A DNA stretch of 60,568 nucleotides, filler included. It is 4 parts of 4 records of this genome, joined end to end, with 100 filler letters (N's around TTAATTAATTAA, not from the genome) between each part and the next. Parts side by side here need not be neighbours in the genome. Positions count along the whole stretch, not along the records: positions 1 to 27,214 come from DRR378314_2629; positions 27,315 to 45,056 come from DRR378314_2633; 2 more parts are not named here. One strand, given 5' to 3'. Below are positions 27,203 to 39,000 of this stretch, piece after piece (the stretch's first letter is position 1; every line of letters starts with the position of its first letter). Below the pieces are notes generated by a model that saw nothing but the letters and a program-made list of their open reading frames with translations, made no database searches and was not told where the DNA came from. A program made the translations under genes and the position numbers.

Positions 27203-27214
27203 TTGTCCGGACAA
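27203..27214. promoter_or_regulatory. Perfect palindrome TTGTCCGGACAA (motif B) upstream of the citE-like operon
   Basis: Seen directly, 14 nt upstream of the start codon, at the very end of the contig. Confidence 0.7.
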
Positions 27215-27314
27215 NNNNNNNNNNNNNNNNNNNNNNNNNNNNNNNNNNNNNNNNNNNNTTAATTAATTAANNNNNNNNNNNNNNNNNNNNNNNNNNNNNN
27301 NNNNNNNNNNNNNN
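27215..27314. other. Artificial contig linker
   Basis: 44 N + TTAATTAATTAA (stops in all six frames) + 44 N. Confidence 0.99.
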
Positions 27315-27367
27315 CGGTGCTTTGGATACATTGTGCACTTTCGTTCGGATGACACCTTTTCACTCAC

Positions 27368-27898
27368 CGATTTATCGTGTTGTAATGCGTCGTGGCTGGA
27401 AGATTGGTGAGTGCCAGGGCGCCCTCGCACAAGGTCGTGGATGTCGTCAAGATAGATTTCGAGGAACGACGCGAACACGGTGAAGTTCTTCTCAGGGTCC
27501 TGGCTTGTCATGCTAAAGATGTACTCGAGGATACGGGGAAGAAGCCCCCTATGTGCACCAGACTGACCAAATATACTGTATGTCTTTCCAGCTCCTGTCT
27601 GACCGTATGCAAAACAGCACGCGTTGTATCCGTTGAGGATGTGATCGACGAGAGGCTTGCCGACGGTGTCGAAGACGTGTTCTTGCGACGCGTCCGGGCC
27701 AAAGACATTGTCGTACCCGTACTCGCGCTCCTCCAGCGTGTCCGCCGTGGGGTCAAATGTTACGATTGTACGACTTTGTACGTTTTCACTCTCAGGTGGA
27801 ATACGGAAAGCCGGCGCGTGGTCTTTCTCATTTGCAGTGGTGGGACGCACGCGCACTGCTACGCGAACGCGCGCGTGCCCGACAGAGTGCTTGTCCAT
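27368..27898 (-). CDS. Kinesin motor domain, N-terminal exon (gene continues beyond the contig end)
   Basis: VRVAVRVRP, YDNVFGPDASQEHVF, GYNACCFAYGQTGAGKTYS, GLLPR, SFLEIY. Ends at a phase-0 GTGAGT donor at 27367. Confidence 0.92.
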
Positions 27899-28228
27899 CG
27901 CGGTCTCTACTTGTGGGACGCTTCCCGCAAGTTCTCAAACACAGCACTGAGTTCGCGCGCGTACGAAGAGAAAGGGACGCCTGCACTTTGAGGCACCCCA
28001 ATATTTCAATTTATGATCTTTCTCAAAAATTCGTGTCAGAATACGAACTGGAAGGGTTTTGGCGCCGGCTGACTTCGAGCACTGCACGTGAAGGTCTCGC
28101 TTCGCAGCGCGCCCGGATTCGTGAGCAACGTGAACCGCTAGCCTCCACGCGACTCTCGGCGGCAAGAGCGCTGCACCGCGTACAGCGATGCTGACGTGAT
28201 CTAATGTAAACCTTGGTAGGGTAACAAG

Positions 28229-31200
28229 ATGAAAAGTTTCCTCACTACAAATCGCGGAAAACGCGCAAGAGACCACAGTGGGGCGGAAGAGGAGGCAACG
28301 CGCAGTGGCGTGCGTGCTCGCGCTCCGCTTTCTGGCGGCGCCGCCGCGCGCACCTCGGTCGGCAGCGGCGCGGCGGACGTTGCTCGGCGGCTCGCGCGCT
28401 CTCGCCGCGCGCCGCCCTGCCGACGAGGGCCGCAGCGCCCTCGAGTGGCGCGCCGCAGTCCGAGTTGTGCTCGCTACCCACCGCGTGCCGTTCTCGGGTT
28501 TGGAGGCGCTCTTCCGCGTCTCGTCGTTGTGCGCACGGGGGCGCTCCGATGGACACTATGGATAAGGAGGATGGTGACTCGCTATTAGAGTTGCGGCAGG
28601 TCGGCGAAGATGATGCGGAGCGTTGTCGTCGTATCCTCAGTCTTGCGTACGTTTCGCATCGATTCCAACTGGTGCACACGCATTCCTTGCTGCCAATGAT
28701 TTCTACATGAGAACAAGAATACACAAAAGAGTGTCGAGTGCCAATCGTTGGCGGAGGCGTTCTCTGCGTGGCTGCCGCAAATATGTGCAGCTATTGACAC
28801 AGTGTGGTACAATGGCAAGTGTGATAATTTTTTTTCCGCTTGAATAAGCTTGCGCAGAGCGCGCAGCGCCGAGACTTTACGATGTATATTGCGACTTGAG
28901 ATGCTGCATGGCGAGATTCCCGCTACACGGGGATACGGTCCGCGCGCAATAGGCGGCTCGCTCGATATCTCATTCGCGAAAACTCTAGTTTGGCTTACAA
29001 GACCTTCGTAAGAACTACACGACTTTCGTTGGATTAGTAAACCATACGGACAATGAGTACTGCGAATCATTATCGAAGTCGGACAATGACTTGCTATGTT
29101 GCATGTGCTGCGTGCGCGTTTTTGATCCTATGCTTGACGTCGTGAGCAGACCAGACGCGCGCACGGCAGAAGATGTGCGCATGCTTGTGCTGCAGCTCAA
29201 GGGTATCAAGTTTTTCCAATCGATGAGCCAGGTTTGTTTCGGTGTGGAGAACAATATGCTCGACCATGGCTTTTTGATTTTTTAGCGGAGGAGCACCTCT
29301 GCACTCTGTTCTGCTCCCTGCCCCAAGAAAGTATTTTTGTCCGGTGAGATCCGCGCAGTGCTGGTGCTTTGCGCATGGCGGTGCGATCTATAATGTGTCG
29401 GTCGGATTTCTGTTTCCTTTGCGTCCTGGGGGAGCAACTGCATTCTCGTGCTGTCATGGTGATGATTCTGATACAGATTCTTCGAGCGTACAGTTTTTCG
29501 TTTGCTAGGAGCATATCGCGCACCCGCGTTTGCTAAATATCTGAGTGCAGAGGGATCAGGAGTCAGAAAGAAGGCAGCGGTGCCCTGCTTGGGGTGTACC
29601 GTGGTTTTTATCGGAGCGAGCGAGCTAGCGAGAGATTTCCAGACGGTTTGGGTTCCCTTCGATATCGTAAGCGACTGGCAGCGGCACAGGTCGTCCTTGG
29701 CAGTAGCATCGGGCGTACAATAATGAAGCACCGTTACCTTTGGTTTTAAAACCGATATAGATTTCGGGCGGGAAGAGGAGTGGATTTGCAGGAAAAGACA
29801 CCTCTGCTGCGCTGAGGGCGAAACTGTTGCGTTGGGAGGGTCAGAGCGGGATCACTCGGTGCTCCCGCGAGTTTCGTTGCCAGCTCACAGCTTCTTCAGC
29901 AGCATCACAGACTTATTGCAGACGACTTGTATCCTGTTCCCCTTGTTGTCGTGCACAGAACATTTTGACGGATATATCAAAGGTGCTGATCTATGAACAG
30001 GTAAATATTGATGAAGAGGTGTTTCGTCAAGGAGACGAGGGCACCAAGTTCTACATCATCCTCTCGGGCAGAGTTACGGTCGCCGTTGACGACATTGCGA
30101 CGCGCAGTAGAGTCGAGGTTGGCCATCTCTCGCAAGGGGACTCGTTTGGCGAGCTTGCTCTGATAAAGCAAGAACCACGCTCGGCAACGGTTATTGCGAA
30201 AGGAAGTGCTTGCGAGCTTATGGCAGTGCACAAGCAGGACTACATTCGGATTCTGAAGAGCGCACAAGAGCGTGCGCTACGTAGGAAAGTTGATTTTCTG
30301 GCGTCGCTCTATCCTTTCGGCGAAGTGAGGCGCAGTACTCTTGTGCGCCTGTCTTATTTCCTGAAAGAGCGGTCATTTCGACGCGATGAATTCCTTGTGC
30401 GCTTAGGAGATCGACCTAAGCTTCTGTTATTTGTTCTCGAAGGCGAGTGCGTTGTGTTCAAGTCTGTGAAAGTTGGCGTTCGAGACAGACAGAGCGCTCC
30501 TTCCGCGTCAAGTGCAGGGCAAACGCGATCGCTGGAGCTCGAGGTCGTCTCCACTGGCGAGTGCCTTGGTGACGGGGCAGTGATGAATAGCTGCGTGCAT
30601 CCGTATTCCGCAAAAGCGAAAACGGCACAGGTGATCGCACTTGTGCTGCGTCGTGAGGACTTGTGGCGGCGGTTCAGCCCAGATGTCCATCGGCGCCTGC
30701 GAGAAATGGCAGACCGGAAAGCTACGTGGCACAACTACCGTGCCACGCAGCTGCTGCGGCTGTTGCAAAAACCCATGGTAGTGGAAAGTCTCCGTCTGTC
30801 TTCGAATTTACACAGTATTGCTCGAGATCCCTCGTGTAATGTCAATGATGAGCGCGATCCCAAAATGCTACTGGAGCTGCCCGTCAGGACAGACCACGAA
30901 GACCTCGCTTCTGCACGCGAGGACGACAGTGCCACTGTCGTTTTGCGACATTTGCGAAGCAGTGAGTCCGAGGAGCGGTCCGAGCGCACGCCAACGGTTC
31001 CGTTTGAAACCACACGTTTTGCCATGACACTGCCAACCCTCCCAAGCCCAGAGATGTTGCACAAGTCCCCTCGCTCCGCTCGTCGTGGTTCCTTTCTCCT
31101 TGTGGAGCAGCGACTTGCCGGGTCTCCTCGCGTCCCGCTGCAGCAAAGCAGCGCCCCGGATCGACACGACCGTATCGCTGCGGGGACGAGTTCTGACGCT

Positions 31201-31455
31201 CCGTCAGAGCCCCCACAAACGGCGCGAGATAAAGTCCCTCGACTCTCATCCGTATCTGCAGATGTTGCTCATATGACTGCCTTGGGAAGCTCACCACGGC
31301 TACGTGCACGTGGAAACGAACGCGCGGGGCCAAGTCACTCTCCTGTCGCGTCTCCTCGCCTCGCTCTTGCGGATGGGAGTGGCGCTGCCGGCGAGCCGTT
31401 CCTCGCGCGCAGCCAGCTCCTCCGACGAATTCGGCGAGAAGCAACACCGACGTAG
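28229..31455 (+). CDS. Tandem cyclic-nucleotide-binding domain protein (eukaryotic, spliced)
   Basis: Phase-consistent exons 28229-28309, 28600-28646, 29150-29231 and 29959-31455 (first exon less certain; alternative ATG 28549). Motifs FRQGDEGTKFYIILSG and FGELAL...PRSATV, a second degenerate CNB domain, and a low-complexity tail. Confidence 0.85.
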
Positions 31456-32423
31456 CCCGAACTCTTTGTACAGTGCTCAATTTTCGCAAGCTAGCACCAA
31501 GGGCTTCACATTGCTTGCAGAGGCTCCCCTTGCAGTGTGGAGAAGACACCGGGCGGTGCATCTAGTACTCTGCAGGCGTACGAATATCCAGCCATCCGCC
31601 AAGAAGCGCGAGAATGTGGACGAGAATGTGGACCTGAAACGCGCCATTGGACTGCCATCGTGAGAGTATGCAGTAGGTGAGAGACAATAGGCTCTCTGCA
31701 TATTCCTTTTGCTCTGATAACAGAAATGCGCGATTTCGCAAATGTATGTTCTCTCTGACGTGGTTTGTGCATAGAAATGTGCCGCGGTTGCGCGGGGCTT
31801 GCTGTGCTGCGCAAAAAGGTGCATTGGCACCACCCCACTCCGCAGGGAATGGAAATCGCGCGTCGCGCTCCTTACTGCACCGCAAATCACCACGCGTCTT
31901 CGTTTCCTGCGTGCTTGTCTTTGCAAACTCAATACAAGTTCGTTTTTGTATAAGCCGTGATGTACTATTTGCCACGAAGTGAGCATGATAGGAACGTTCC
32001 TATGTGTATACGAATCTTTGCCGCTGGGTTGCAGCGAGGCGCGCTCCGTGGCGCTTGCCATCTGCGTGCAGCACGCGCGGCGGAAACGCGTTCCTGTTCG
32101 TCATGAGCATGGCTCCTGGGCCGACTAGAGGGAGGGCAAACCTCCCGCTAATTTCCTTTGTGTTTAGCCGCTCTGTGCGAAACATGAGTAGCGGCCAAGT
32201 AATGTTTTTGGTCGGGCCAGCGTGTCCAACATCCAGACTGCCACGTTCCGTCTCCGGAGCGAAATATCAGAATCTGATTCCTTCATTCATAGACCAGGAA
32301 TTTTTTTTTGCTGTAGCGCAGATTCACTTTGGTGTACAGACATGGATACAAATCATTACGTTCACATTGCTCACAGCAAGGTATCTGGAGAGCCACTCGC
32401 AGCTGCAAGTCTCGGCTCCCGCC

Positions 32424-35108
32424 TCACTCCGGTTTGTACCGCGCCGTATCCTTCCAGTACTGCAAGAATTCCCACTTGTCTCGAGCGTCGCGGGACACGC
32501 ACGGAACTCCCGTGGCGCTTGCAAGCTGCGTGCGGACCTTTTCTGACCAGAAATCCAACCTGCATCGTTAGGTAAAGAGCGACAAGCGAGTGCGTTTTCT
32601 GAGACAAGAGGCGATTCACGGAGGATTCCCGCGCGCTGCATCGCATTGTATCGCCTGGCGGAACTGGAGTGCACATCGCTGCAGTATCGCGGAGAGGGAA
32701 AGGCCGCGAGAGCAGAAGCATTCATGCGCAGCCTATCTGCCGAGAGGCTGTCCTTGAGTAGTACACAACACATAGATACTTGCGCGCGTTCAGGGCGTAT
32801 GCGAGTGTTCTTTCGTTTTGGGGGAGTTCGTGACAAAAGGCCGAGGGTGCAGCGAGAAAGCCATCGCGTACTTACTTTGCCCCAACAGCACCAGAAGCCG
32901 GAGGTATGAGGTCTTTCGGAATCGACCGAATGCGGAGCGTATGATGCGACGCACAGACTTGGGCGAAATGCGTAAAGAATGATCCGGCCGGGTGCGCGGG
33001 GGAGAATCTTTTGTACAAGTACTGCGTTGATAAAAGGTGCAGGTACGAATACGCGCACAGGCAGAGCATGTTTCGCATGGGCTAGCTCGTACTTCCGTAG
33101 CACAACATTGAGACTTTTGCGGATTTCTGCGGAGAAGCCATTCACACCCTACAGGCACCTCCGCCGCAGATACAGCTGAAGCTGAAAGATTCTGCAACAG
33201 TCTCTGCAGTGAATGATTGCTCATGCAGTCTCCCCCAAAGAATGGTAGTGATCAGTAGGGATTATGTCATAGTGCCGCGGGGAGTCGCAGCCAGCAGGAG
33301 GCACAACGAGTCTGGCTGGCCAGTATCGCGCACGGGCCTCGCAAGAGGGTGGCGTACCTTGAGACCTAAAATTTCAAGATCGACGTTTTCACCAGCTACA
33401 GCTAGCTCTGCAAATCCACGCATCGATGGCGTCGGGAAGCGCAAAATCGCGAGATTGTTCGAGGTGCACCCTTCGCACAGAAATACGATCGTGCGGCTCG
33501 GCCACTCGCGCACGAGATCGGCCATTGATGTCGCACTGTTGTATGTGTGCGCGCGGTGAGTCTGCCATGCATGTCGCAAACGTCCGAGCAAGTGGCAAGT
33601 ACCGCACATCACGTGTCATTGAGATTTGGAAAATATATTTCATTTCGTGCGCACATTAAGACAGCTGGCTCAATTCGTGCATCGTTTGTGGGTATACGCT
33701 GCACTGTGCAGCACGCTGCGGCAGTGGTCAGCGCGACTCGTGCGCACGTGGAGGATGCGCGCTCTACTACCGTGTATGCACACTCTGGGACCGCCCCCAT
33801 TTCGTGCTCTGGATAATAATGGGTCAAAGCAAATGTTCAAGTGTAAAATAAAAGATATGTAGAAGTGTTTTTGATACTCAACGGGGAGGGGGCCCCGTAT
33901 AGTAAGCACCTCGCGCGCGGCTCTGTTCGCGCGCGGGGTCTGCGATCAGCGGCGACGACCCGCGCAGTCCACAGCCAGAAACGCTGCTACTCACCCGGTG
34001 AAACATTGCATCCATGAGCGCCTGCGAAAAGCTTCGTCGTACAACATGACCGTTCTGATACGTGAAGGAAAAACGAGTATCCAGACAATAAGTAGAGAGA
34101 AATCGGTGGTACGCGCGTAAGCAGGCCGCAGAGTGCGTTCTGTGGGAGCCTCCCAGCGGTGCAGCGACAAGCTGTTTTGCACAGTCAATTACACAGTAGA
34201 AGCACTACGGTATTCAATGGAAAGGGCAAACAAACAAACAAACAAACAAACGCTGACGTCGGTTCGTGCCTCTTCGCGCGAAGTGCGCGGGCGTTGTGGC
34301 TGCTTCGCACCTTACGCGTCCAGCAAGTAGCAAGGAGCAAGCGCGGCTATGGGTATGTACAGCAAAATTAATGCTCTCGGGACGACTATTCGCACAAACT
34401 TGATGGGTTTGTGCGGATGGCGCAGCTTCCTACCAGTCGGCTTCGCCCACAGCGCACTGCTCTTGTGCGGCGACAGGTCGATGTGCGCCGAGGCCTTGGG
34501 GCGCTGCCGGCGCAGAGCAAGGCGACAGGAAGAACGGCCAGCCGCCCTCCGCGCAAGTTGTCCGCACGGCTGTTGGGCGCGCGTGGGAACAATCGATGCG
34601 GAAGTCGGCGTACCTGTCCTCCATCTGCGATGGACATGATGTATATGGGCGAAAATCGGAACTCGAAGTAGAGAATGTCTATGTAAGAGCTCCAGTTTGC
34701 CATGACGATCGTCGAAGCGGACTTGGCTCCCGTTGTCGCGCTTGCGGTCTGGTGTGCTCGCGAGGCCGCAGCGGATACGACGCGCTTCTCGCGGAATTCA
34801 CTCCGTTCAATCCACAAAAATCCGAGGAAAAAAAGCTCCAATCGCGAAAAAACTGATAAAAACGGCCTTCGGAGGAGCATAAAGACCAGGGTGGCGATCC
34901 CGGGTACTTTCTCGCCTATGCAGAGGATTGTGTCTACGACAACAAGGGCCAGGAGCAGCACGAGCGCCAGAGGAGCGCGCACCGCCGCCACAAGCCCGCG
35001 CAGGGCAGTGCTTATCAGCGTGAGCCCTCCACGACGTCCTTCCGGTCGATGGGGAACAAACGGTTGAACGCCCGTCGGGCCATCGGCAAATTTGCGATAT
35101 TTTTCCAT
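32424..35108 (-). CDS. Loa1/Vps66-like lysophosphatidic acid acyltransferase (5 exons, about 346 aa)
   Basis: Exons 35108-34614, 34054-33995, 33561-33358, 33021-32876 and 32559-32424, all GT-AG and in phase. N-terminal MEKYRKFADGPTGVQPF, TM helix, NWSSYID, FLCEGCTSNN, C-terminal DKWEFLQYW. Confidence 0.85.
34227..34251. repeat. (CAAA)n microsatellite in an intron
   Basis: About six tandem CAAA units. Confidence 0.85.
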
Positions 35109-36019
35109 GCTTGGTGCAACGACTGTCGCGCGGCCCGAGCTGCGCGTGCGCCGTGATCGGAACTTTTCTGCTAGAAGAGCTGCGTACGTCGAAGTGAGTT
35201 TTACAAATTCCTGATGATACAAAAAGTAGCATATTTGAATAATTTTGGGCACGATTTGTTAAACGGACGCAGACCCTGCGTCCAACTGCTCTTGTCATAT
35301 AAACGCGGGAAGCATGCCGGATGGGTGTGTGAGTGCTGGAGGTTCTGGTGGATTTCTGGCTTTCTTTTTGCGATCCATGGAATGTTTTCACATATGTTTT
35401 TCGACTCATCGTTAGGCTCTGTGCTCTCCTTTTCTTGGTGGGACGGCGCAAACTTGCAAGGCGAAAGATGGCACGTCTTCCTCGCTGCCACGTGGCTTGC
35501 TGTTGTCCTCCTGTGGAACGTTGTCGTCGGCGACTCCACAGCTGTGTCATCTGCCAAACATACAAACAAACAGAAAAAAAGAACAGCGCAGAATGCCTTC
35601 CGCCCATCATCCACTCGAACGTAACAACTGTTGAACCACTCCCGAGCCTCGATCGAAATGAATGGAATCGATATGTGCTAGGGGCCCAGAACTTGCGGTG
35701 CTCATGGGTCGTGCCTTCCACGGTGTGCGGTTCCGTCCCTCCTGGTTTCAAGTTTCACATAGTAGGGGCAAGATTTATCTCCCCACACCGCGGCGGGCGA
35801 CGTCCGCCACCGCAGACAGGCGTCACTGAGAGTGCTGCAGCATTTTGGCGACAACCCTGGATCCTGCTGCTGCTATTTTCGTCGTGCGCTGCCACGGGTT
35901 TACGTGTTTTCCACTGCTGTTCCGTCTGCATTCGTTCTCTCCAAGCGCGCTTATTGCGGCGAAGTTGAACCGATCCTCTCCTCTACGCTTTTCACATCGT
36001 TGATTGATCACATTCTATC

Positions 36020-39000
36020 ATGACTGCTAACGACACGCGCGGGCAGCCAGTTACGCTGCGCGTGGGTGGCGTGCCCGAGCACTTCAATATTCCTTGGGCG
36101 CTAGCTGAAGAGCGCGGGTGGTTCGCCGAGGTGCGCCGCGCTGCCGCACCGTGTCAGCGACGCTGCGCATTCGAGCACCTCGGCCTGTTTTGCCGCGCTG
36201 CGCTCTTTTGATGTCCCTTTCTTGCCCATTACAGTAGTAGAAAGCGAGGGATAGAGAACTTGCTTCAAGCAATACTTGCGAAAGTGGTGCGGGAGCTTCT
36301 TATGGCTGCAGGCGTCCTCCGGCTGCAGCACGCCTGCCGGGTGTGCATGCTGTGCGCGCGCGCAACGCCGCAAGGACGCCTGCGTCGCGGCCGCAGGGTG
36401 CTGTGGGTTCGATTGCGAAACACAAACGCCGTCCGCAGTTGTGCGCTTCTCCATCAGAAAATCCAGCGCTAGCCCTCTCCTGTACAATTGATGGCATGTG
36501 TCGATTTTTTCTGTCCTCCTTTTCTGCACGTTTAGGAAGGAGTCGAGGTCAAGTTTGATGAATATCCAAAGGGAACGGGATCGATGTGCGCAGCTCTGCG
36601 CGGCGGAGAGTTGGTGCGTCTGGAGCGCGCGCGGTCGAGGGTGGACCCGCGGATTCGACACAGCGTCGTGAGTGCGAGCGCGCTCGCCTCCGCGTGCCGT
36701 TGTCCGGGAGTCGCCGACGGGCTCGCGGCAGCGCACGCGTGTGGGCCCTCGCTCCGAGAAACGCGCCCGTGCACTGCGTGATTGAGAATGCGGCGCATCC
36801 CAGTTCGCCTTCTTTTCTTCTGTTGACACCTCTCTCTCTTGTATATGCTTACCTGCCACCTTGCGCGGTATGTGCGTGTGCTGTCGTTCCGGTGCTGCTG
36901 TCGTGGCTTGCGGGGGCAGGATGTCGCAATTGCGCTCACTGAAGGCCTGGTGGCAGGTATGAGATTTCACCGCGCACCACGCCTGACATGAGCCGAGCGC
37001 CTTCTCTCCGGTGCTGGCCCTTCCCCGTGCGCGCCTCCCCATATCCCTTTCCCAACGTAGTTGTGATCATCATACACCCTTTACAACGAACAGGACTGTG
37101 CGAGCTCTCTTGCGTGGCTCTTGCGCGGTCTGTTGGAGAAGCACGAGTGCGAACGATGCTGTTCCGCCCGTCTGTGCCACGCGTGCACTTGTCCATGACT
37201 ACTTGCCCAAGCCCGTGCTGTGTTGGGAGATTGACCGCACTGTCAGTCCTTTTTCGATTCCTGACGCCCGCAAGGAGGGCTACAGGTCGTACTTTGTGCT
37301 CTTAAGCTTCTAACGTACAGTGTGCACTTGCACATATGCGATTCGAATTGAATTTGGCAGCTCCGTGCTGTGCTGCGGGTATCTTCGCGCTTGTTGGAAA
37401 GCGTCTGTGCATTGGCTTCGCATTCTTGTGCAGGGCAAAGGGGCTAAAGCGCAGTGTTTGCTGAACACCGCGCGCCCGTCGTGCAGCATGTCGCTCGAAT
37501 AGGCTCTAATTTCTCTCGAACACGTTTTTTTTCTGTCGTACCTAATTTCTGTACAGATATCGTTCGTGGAGGGCCAGGCTATCGTATTGCTGGGGCTTAT
37601 GTGTCTTCTCCGTTGAACGTGCGTTTCGGTCGCCAAGCCGCGTGCGCGTTGTTCCAGAAGTGGACACTGCTACTCCAGGGCTAGTCGCCCCGTTTCAGTA
37701 GAGCGTATGGGCATGCGAATGGCGTCGTAGCTGTGCCCTTGCGCAAGGTTATGCAAATATTATTAGCGCATTTATTCGCGTATATCTTATTCAAAGGGGA
37801 TCATGGAAAATTCCGCTCTCTGTCATGGCGTATTTCATCGACATCGTTGCAGTGGGGAATTGTCAAACGCTCGGGAAGCGCAGCCGAAGGTGGACTTGCC
37901 TCCCTCGCAAACGCCACGTTTGGTGTGAGCCGTCTTGGGTCTGGCTCGCACATCATGACATACCTTCTGGCAAAGAATAACGGATGGAAGGTATGTTACG
38001 CCATGGAGCCTTTGCTTGCAGCGCATGGGAATGAGTGGAGAGCTGCGGGCGGCATGTAGGCCGTTTCCGCGGCCATGCGTAGGGCTATTTATCGTTGCTT
38101 TCCTGCTTTGTTGGTTCTCCGGAATTACAGCGCGCACGGTGCACCGTTTGCATGTTCGTTGCCCACTGTAAGGATTGAGTTCGCTTCGCGCGCGATTGCC
38201 ATGTATATATCTTTATGAATACATGATCTTTGATGAATAGCGATAATGGTACAATTGTAGGGCGCTCTGTGCTTGAGCATGCGCACGTTTCGTCGGGGTC
38301 CAACGCAGCGAGGCGGCTCTCTGGGATTCGGCTGCAGGTGGCTTCTTCATCGGGCGAAGGTGCCGGAGTGTCTTTCAAGGTTCTTGGTGGTATCACGGAT
38401 CTTGTAGACGGTGTTGTATCTGGAAAGTCGGATGCATTTCTATGGGAGGTACGCTGCTGTTGCTGACGAAGGCGAAACGTTGTAACTTTGCGTCCGCTGC
38501 GTTTGGAAAAGTAACAGCCTCTGCGCTGCTCGCTGCTGCTGCTCTCTGCTGTGTTGCTTTCCGCGCTACCTTGCGATTGCAGTACTTCATGCTGAAGCCG
38601 CGCGTTGATGCTGGCGAGCTATCGTTCGTCGGTTCGATTCCTACCCCATGGCCGTGCTTCATGTTTGCCGTTCGTGAAGAAGTGTATGAGCAGCACGCTA
38701 CTGCTGTACACGGCATGATACGTGGCGTCTTGCGTGCCGCGGAGACTTTTGTGGAGAACGCTGCAGATTCAATTCCCCGGATTTCCGCCAAGTGTTTACT
38801 TACTAGCGATGATGCTGCCGCATGGATGAAGACAGTACGTTTGCAGTAGTGGTGCAGCGACTTCACTGCATCACCTCTGGGATGGATAGAGAAAGAAATG
38901 CGTAGCGAGTGGATCATGTGCGTGCGGCGTCCTCATCTTGGCCCAGCAGGTGGCGTGGGTACGTTGCCGAGTGTCCGATTGGTCCTGCCACGGCCGGGGC

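Noticed and set aside
1-27314. Bacteria-to-eukaryote horizontal transfer of the 27-kb block
   Set aside because: No physical junction. The block is purely bacterial in structure, with no introns or decay.
28212-28225. RFX X-box-like CTTGGTAGGGTAAC in the kinesin/cNMP spacer
   Set aside because: Only one good half-site, a single copy, and RFX presence in this lineage is unknown.
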